From positions 44,896,001 through 44,960,000 of the forward strand of contig CP068257.2 in NCBI GenBank assembly GCA_009914755.4: 64,000 nucleotides of DNA. The letters are read 5' to 3'. The DNA is from the human T2T-CHM13v2.0 reference genome, Homo sapiens. Positions 58,761-64,000 of this stretch are shown one piece after another; positions within the stretch are counted from its first letter, which is position 1, and each line of letters starts with the position of its first letter. The notes under the pieces are model-generated. The model saw only the letters and a program-made list of their open reading frames with translations. It had not been told where the DNA came from and made no database searches. Made by a program: the position numbers and the translations under genes.

Positions 58761-60200
58761 TCAGCATGTATTGTCACGGACACTCAATAAGTGCCATTTT
58801 GGACTGTCAAATTTAGATGCTTTGTTTCAGAAAGATAAGCCAGCATTTAGTTTTAAATCACTTTCCTGGTTTGTAACTTGATGCTGTTTAGTTAAATTGC
58901 TAGTTTTCCTAACACTACAATATTAATTCTTCTCGTGGAAGTGTACTGATTTATTATTTTTATTCCAAGTCAGCAGATTTGGAAGCATTGTGGTAAAGTC
59001 TAAGGTTTTCATATCCATAGTGCTGTTTGGTGAGTACCGGCAGTACAGTTGAGGGGAGCAGGGAACAGCATTGCCCCGTATTGAAGGTGGAGATGGTTAC
59101 ATTCTTCACTGCTTTTTGCATTTTGAGTTGTGTGCCTATAAAATTTGGCCAAACCATTTTATTATTTTGTTCAAACTTGACTAAGCTGAGTGATCTAAAA
59201 TTATACAGAACCTAAATCAAAGAAGAGAATGTAAAGTCCTTTAGTTACTTCTAAGAATTTGAAGTCAAGCACGAATCTAAGACATAGATTATTTTTATAT
59301 AGCTAATGAAGAGTATGTTACGAAATTGTTGGGTTTTTGGGGTATTGAGGGTGGCAAATTTTGTGAATCATGCATGCTTCACAGAAACAACCAGGTTTTT
59401 CCAGAATTAGTCTGGATCAGTGCCTAACAAAGCTGTTATTAATTCTCCACACATGAGTCTGGCTAACTGGGCCAGCTCTCATGTTTTACTCCTGTCTGGC
59501 TACAAATAGCACTGTGCATAGTAGCCCTGTTTCCCCATGGTGTTGGACTGTGGTAAAGTATGTTGTGACATACTGGAATTCTAATAATCCTGTTGTAAGT
59601 ATGTACAGAATCTATGTAACTTATTGTTGACATACAGAGGTTTGGGAAGTAGTCTAATGGACATTCCTTACAATAGAATGGCTGGGAAGGGAAAGAAAAA
59701 AAAAAAAACTACCTAACTCCAATCTTAATGTTGTAGTTTTATAGCAAACAAAAATTGTCAGCTTTTTGTATTGAAAGGTCAGTGGTGGTAAGACAAGGTG
59801 TCTTGTAAATTAAGATTTTAAGAAGTGCATTAAAATGTTTTAGAATTACTCTGGGAATTCTGTATATCACACTAAAATTTTTATATCATTATGTTAATAA
59901 AAGTTATTGACTTTGTAATTCTGCATTTTGAAATGTGTGAAAAGGGTCTTTAAATTACCCCGAATAGGTTGTATCTTATTTTGCTTTTTTTCTGACTATA
60001 AAAGCAGTTATGCTTATAGCATAAAATCTAGAAAGCACATTAAAGTATAAAGAAAATTAAAATTTCTTATAATTCTACCTCTGAGTAAACAGCAGCATTC
60101 ATATGTAACATAAACCCTCTCAGGGATTTATTTTTTCTTTTTAAAAATTTTTTACAAAATTAGGATCAAGTGCTTTTTTAAATAATTTGCTTTTGTACTT

Positions 60201-60206
60201 AATAAA
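60201..60206 (+). promoter_or_regulatory. Candidate polyadenylation signal (AATAAA); second candidate at 59896-59901
   Basis: Canonical hexamer about 2.37 kb after the stop, followed by T/GT-rich sequence (ttatagacttt...). Confidence 0.4.
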
Positions 60207-61207
60207 TTATAGACTTTAAAATCTATTACATATATTCTTCTACATGTTTCAGTGGCTGTATTTTACAAGTGTGCCATGAGTAAATGTAGTATTTGCTGTA
60301 TTGCTGTACATCAGCGTTGTTTCAACAGGACTGCAGTGAGCCCAGATGCACGTTTACACTGCCATGATTACAATTACTGCCTTGGGCTCAGTTCTTATAG
60401 GTAGAGTGAGTGGGTCAGAGTTCATGCCAGGTGTGAAGCTTTGGGTACCTGCTGCCCTCCAGAAGGGCAGGATGACAGCATGGAAAAGGCCTCTTTGCAG
60501 ATGCCAAGTAATGTTGGCAATGGACATGTGCTCAAGATTAAAATAACTCTTTAACAATTTGATAGGCAAATAAGTGTTGTGTCTGGTCATGTTGAATATG
60601 TCCTCGTGTTCATGGCCATTTTTAGTTCTTATCTGATGTATTTTGTTCAGATTTGGCAGTCCTTATGGTCAAGTTTTTTCTTACTGACATGTAGGAGTCT
60701 CTTTCTATTAAGAATTATAACCTCCATATACTTCTTACTTTTTCTTGTGGGTTATTTGTATTTTGGTTCTATCTGTTTTGGTGCAGATGGTTTTTTAGAT
60801 GTTATATTTATGCAAACTGGTTATTGTGTTTGATTTCAGATTATGAATATAGCTGATTTATTTCAAAGTGGTTCTACTGGAATGATCAGCATAAACCAAT
60901 GGGGAGTACATGGCAGAGAAATAACTAACCTCCAGTATTTGCCTGGTTCCTGCCACAGTGCTGGCCTTCATGTTGGCAGTTCCAGAAGTGGGGTTGAGGG
61001 AGAGAGAGAATACTTGAAGAAATAATGGCTGAAGACTTCCTAAATTTGATGAAAGACCTGAATATAAGCATCCAAGTAGCTCAACAAATTCCAAGTAAGA
61101 TGAACTCAAAGAGACCACACAGATACCAACATTTCAGAAGCCAAAGCCAGAGAATTTTGAAAGCAACAAGGGAGAAGCAACTTGCTACATACAAAGGATC
61201 CTCAGTA

Positions 61208-61545
61208 ACAGGACCCCAAGCCCTGGGCCACAGACTGTTAACAGTCTGTTAGGTACCAGACCACACAGCAAGAGGTGAGTGGTGGGTGAGTGAGCATTAC
61301 CACCTGAGCTCTGCCTCCTGTCAGATCAGTGGTGACATTAGATTTTCATAGGCATGCAAGCCTTCTTATGAACTAACTGCACGTGCCAGGGATCGAGGTT
61401 GCACACTCCTTATAAGAATCTAATGCCTGATGATCTGAGGTGGGACAGTTCCATTCCAAAACCATCGTCCTGTGCCCCCTGGTCTGTGGAATAATTGTCT
61501 TCCACAAAACCAGTCGCTGGTGCCAAAAAGGTTGGGGACTGCTGC
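61208..61545. mobile_element. Non-autonomous DNA transposon (hAT-type MITE, MER30-like) with imperfect terminal inverted repeats CAGGACCCCAA ... TTGGGGACTGCTG
   Basis: Terminal inverted repeats, plus internal GGTACCAGACCACACAGCAAGAGGTGAG...GTGCCAAAAAGGTTGGGGACTGCTG, resembling the MER30 consensus as I recall it. Family name is not certain. Confidence 0.55.
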
Positions 61546-62308
61546 TCAATAAGATTATCAGCAGATTGCTCATCAGAAACTAGAGGCCAGAAGGTAGTGG
61601 GCCAATATATTGAAATTTAAAGTAGTTTTTTCTAATTCTGTGAAGAAAGTCAATGGTAGCTTGATGGGGATAGCATTGAATTTATAAATTATTTTGGGCA
61701 GTATGGCCATTTTCACGATATTGGTTCTTCCTATCCATGAACATGGGATGTTTTTCCATTTGTTTGCATCCTCTCCTATTCCCTTGTGCAGTGGTTTGTA
61801 GTTCTCCTTGAAGAGGTCCTTCACATCCCTTGTAAGTTGTATTCCTAGGTATTTCATTATCTTAGTAGCAATTGTGAATGGGAGTTCACTCATCATTTGG
61901 CTCTCTGTTTGTCTGTTATTGGTGTATAAGAATGCTTGTGATTTTTGCACATTGATTTTGTATCCTGAAACTTTGCCGAAGTTGCTTATCAGAGTAAGGA
62001 GATTTTGGGCTGAGATGATGGGGTTTTCTAAATATACAATCATGTCATCTGCAAACAGAGACAATTTGACTTCCTCTTTTCCTATTTGAATATGCTTTGT
62101 TTCTTTCTCTTGCCTGTTTGCCCTGACCAGAACTTCCAATACTATGTTGAGTAGGAGTGGTGAGAAAGAGCATCCTTGTCTTGTGCCGGTTTTCAAAGGG
62201 AATCCTTCCTAGTTTTTGCCCATTCAGTATGATACTGGCTGTGGGTTTGTCATAAATAGCTCTTATTATTTTGAGATATGGTCCACCAATACCTAGTTTA
62301 TTGACAGG
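61546..62308 (-). mobile_element. LINE-1 internal fragment (ORF2 reverse-transcriptase region incl. FADDM motif), truncated at both ends, no 3' end or poly-A
   Basis: Minus-strand ORF 61573..62196 translates to ...[64 protein letters not shown]...[22 protein letters not shown]...[20 protein letters not shown]...[23 protein letters not shown]...FTELEKTTL, which matches L1 ORF2p. Similarity continues to about 62308. Confidence 0.85.
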
Positions 62309-62559
62309 TTTTAGCTTTTAATAATAAAGTTTATAATGTAAAAAATAAAAAATTTTTAGAGAAAAAAGTTTATAAAGATGTCTAAAAATGTTTTGCACAG
62401 TTGTACAATGTGTTTTAAGCTAAATGTTTTTACAAAATAGCCAAAAACTTAAAAACATTTGAAAGTTTATAAAGTTACGGTAAGCTAAGGTTAATTTATT
62501 ATTGAAGAAAAATTATGTTTAGTGTAGTCTAAGTGTACAATGTTTATAAAGTCTATAGT

Positions 62560-63005
62560 AGTGTACAGTAATGTCCTAGGCCTTCACATTCATTCACCAC
62601 TTACACCCAAAATAACTTTGAGTTCTACCAGCTCCATTAATGGTAAGTACTTACTATGATTTGAGTGACCCCCAATGTGGCAGTATTAAGAGGTGGGGCC
62701 CTTAAGAGGTGATTGGATTAATCTATTCAAGGATTGATAGATTAATGGATTATCATGGGAATGGGGCTGATGGCTTTGTAAGAAGATGAAGACCTGAGCT
62801 AGCATGCTCAGCGCCCCCACCATATGATGCCCTGCACTACCTTGGGAGTCTGCAGAGAGTCCCTACCAGCAAGAAGACCCTGACCTGATGTGGCCCTCAA
62901 CCTTGGACTTCTCAGCTGCTATAATTCTAAGAAATAAATTCATGTTTTTCTTATAATGTAGCCAATTTCAGGTGTTCTGTTATAAGCAACATACAATGGA
63001 CTGAG
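62560..63005 (+). mobile_element. MaLR-type solitary LTR (MST/MLT1-like)
   Basis: ...AATGTGGCAGTATTAAGAGGTGGGGCCCTTAAGAGGTGATTGGATTAATC...CCACCATATGATGCCCTGCACTACCTTGGGAGTCTGCAGAG...CCTTGGACTTCTCAGCTGCTATAATTCTAAGAAATAAATTCATGTTTTTCTTATAATGTAGCCAATTTCAGGTGTTCTGTTATAAGCAACATACAATGGACTGAG has the characteristic MaLR LTR architecture. Confidence 0.6.
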
Positions 63006-63588
63006 TGCCCTGTACAAGTGTACTGATTTTAATCCTTTATACTGTATTTTTACTACCTTTTCTAAATTTGGACATGTGTTTAGATATACAAATACCAGTG
63101 CATTACAATTGCCTACAGTATTTTGTACAGTTACATGGTGGACAGGTTTGTAACCCAGGAGCAATAGGCTATATCATATAGCCTAGGTGTGTTGTAGGCT
63201 AGGTTTGTGTAGATACATATACACTGTATGTTGTTCCCCCAATGATGAAATCACCTAAAAACACATTTCTCAGAACATATTTCTGTTGTTAAGTAATGCA
63301 TGGCTGTATGCACAAAAGGAAGTGAGAAAGGGATTTAAATGTTTCATTAAAAAAAAACACAGAAGGGCGCAATACAAGAAATGAAAAAGATATAAGGCAT
63401 ATAGAATATGAAGTGACAGAAGTAAGTCTCTCCTTATTGATAATTACTTTATCTGTAAATAGATTAAATGGACAGAGATTGGCAGAATGGGGAAAAAACA
63501 GGATCTAACTGTATGCTGTCTACAAGAGACTCACATCCAAAGACACAGTATTAATATATTGAGAGTGACAGGATGGAAAAATATATTC

Positions 63589-63854
63589 ACTGGGCACAGT
63601 GGCTCATGTCTGTAATCCCAGCGCTTTGGGAGGCTGAGGCAGGTGGTTTTCTTGAGCCCAGGAATTTGAGACCAGCCTAGGCAACATGAAGAGACCACAT
63701 CTCTACCAAAAAAATACAAAAATTAGCTGGGCATTGTGGCTTTCTCAGGAGGCTGAGGTGGGAATATTCCTTGAGCCTGATGGGTGGAGATTGCAGTGCA
63801 CCAAGATCACAACACTGTACTCCAGCCTGGGAGACAGAGTAAGACCCTCTCTCA

Positions 63855-63909
<55 letters not shown>
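63589..63909 (+). mobile_element. Alu SINE (diverged) bearing an unusually long, pure poly-A tail (about 62 A, 63847-63909)
   Basis: CTGGGCACAGTGGCTCATGTCTGTAATCCCAGCGCTTTGGGAGGCTGAGGCAGG...GAGACAGAGTAAGACCCTCTCTCACAAAAAA(A)n. Confidence 0.85.
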
Positions 63910-63911
<2 letters not shown>

Positions 63912-64000
63912 TATTCCATGCAAATAGTAATCAACAGGGAGCAGAGGTAGCTATAATAATATAGTTTAAATAAAAAATGATTACAAGAAATGATGGACAT

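Overview
This window is primate (human-type) nuclear DNA, not prokaryotic. It is packed with Alu SINEs: about 27 copies, many with poly-A/T tails and target-site duplications. It also carries L1, MaLR-LTR and DNA-transposon fragments, microsatellites, and processed small-RNA pseudogenes derived from 7SL and U6. One multi-exon protein-coding gene runs left to right across the whole window. By conceptual translation I resolve 31 consecutive phase-consistent exons with GT-AG introns, encoding about 1,270 aa. The protein has the tandem adenylate-forming (AMP-binding/ANL-like) architecture of the C-terminal ~80% of a DIP2 (disco-interacting protein 2) family protein. It ends ...RDGFLADQLDPIYVAYNM and a TGA stop at 57832-57834, followed by a ~2.4 kb 3'UTR. 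Compact intron sizes and GC/Alu richness make DIP2A (21q22.3) the most likely paralog; I cannot confirm this without a database search. The first ~7 coding exons and the promoter lie upstream of the window. I found no CRISPR array, operon, defence island or other novel prokaryotic-type system, and I am not inventing one. Points worth a second look: (1) one probable GC-AG intron; (2) an 80-nt micro-intron; (3) small frame-shifting exons bracketed by inverted Alu pairs, one with a ready-made antisense-Alu cryptic exon 75 nt downstream; (4) a strand-biased Alu distribution; (5) a GC-rich intronic minisatellite; (6) a near-full-length 7SL-derived retropseudogene and a U6 retropseudogene; (7) a TIR-bearing MITE abutting an internal L1 ORF2 fragment. 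The six-frame ORF track is mostly noise here: ORFs through Alus and GC-rich repeats, and exon read-through into introns.
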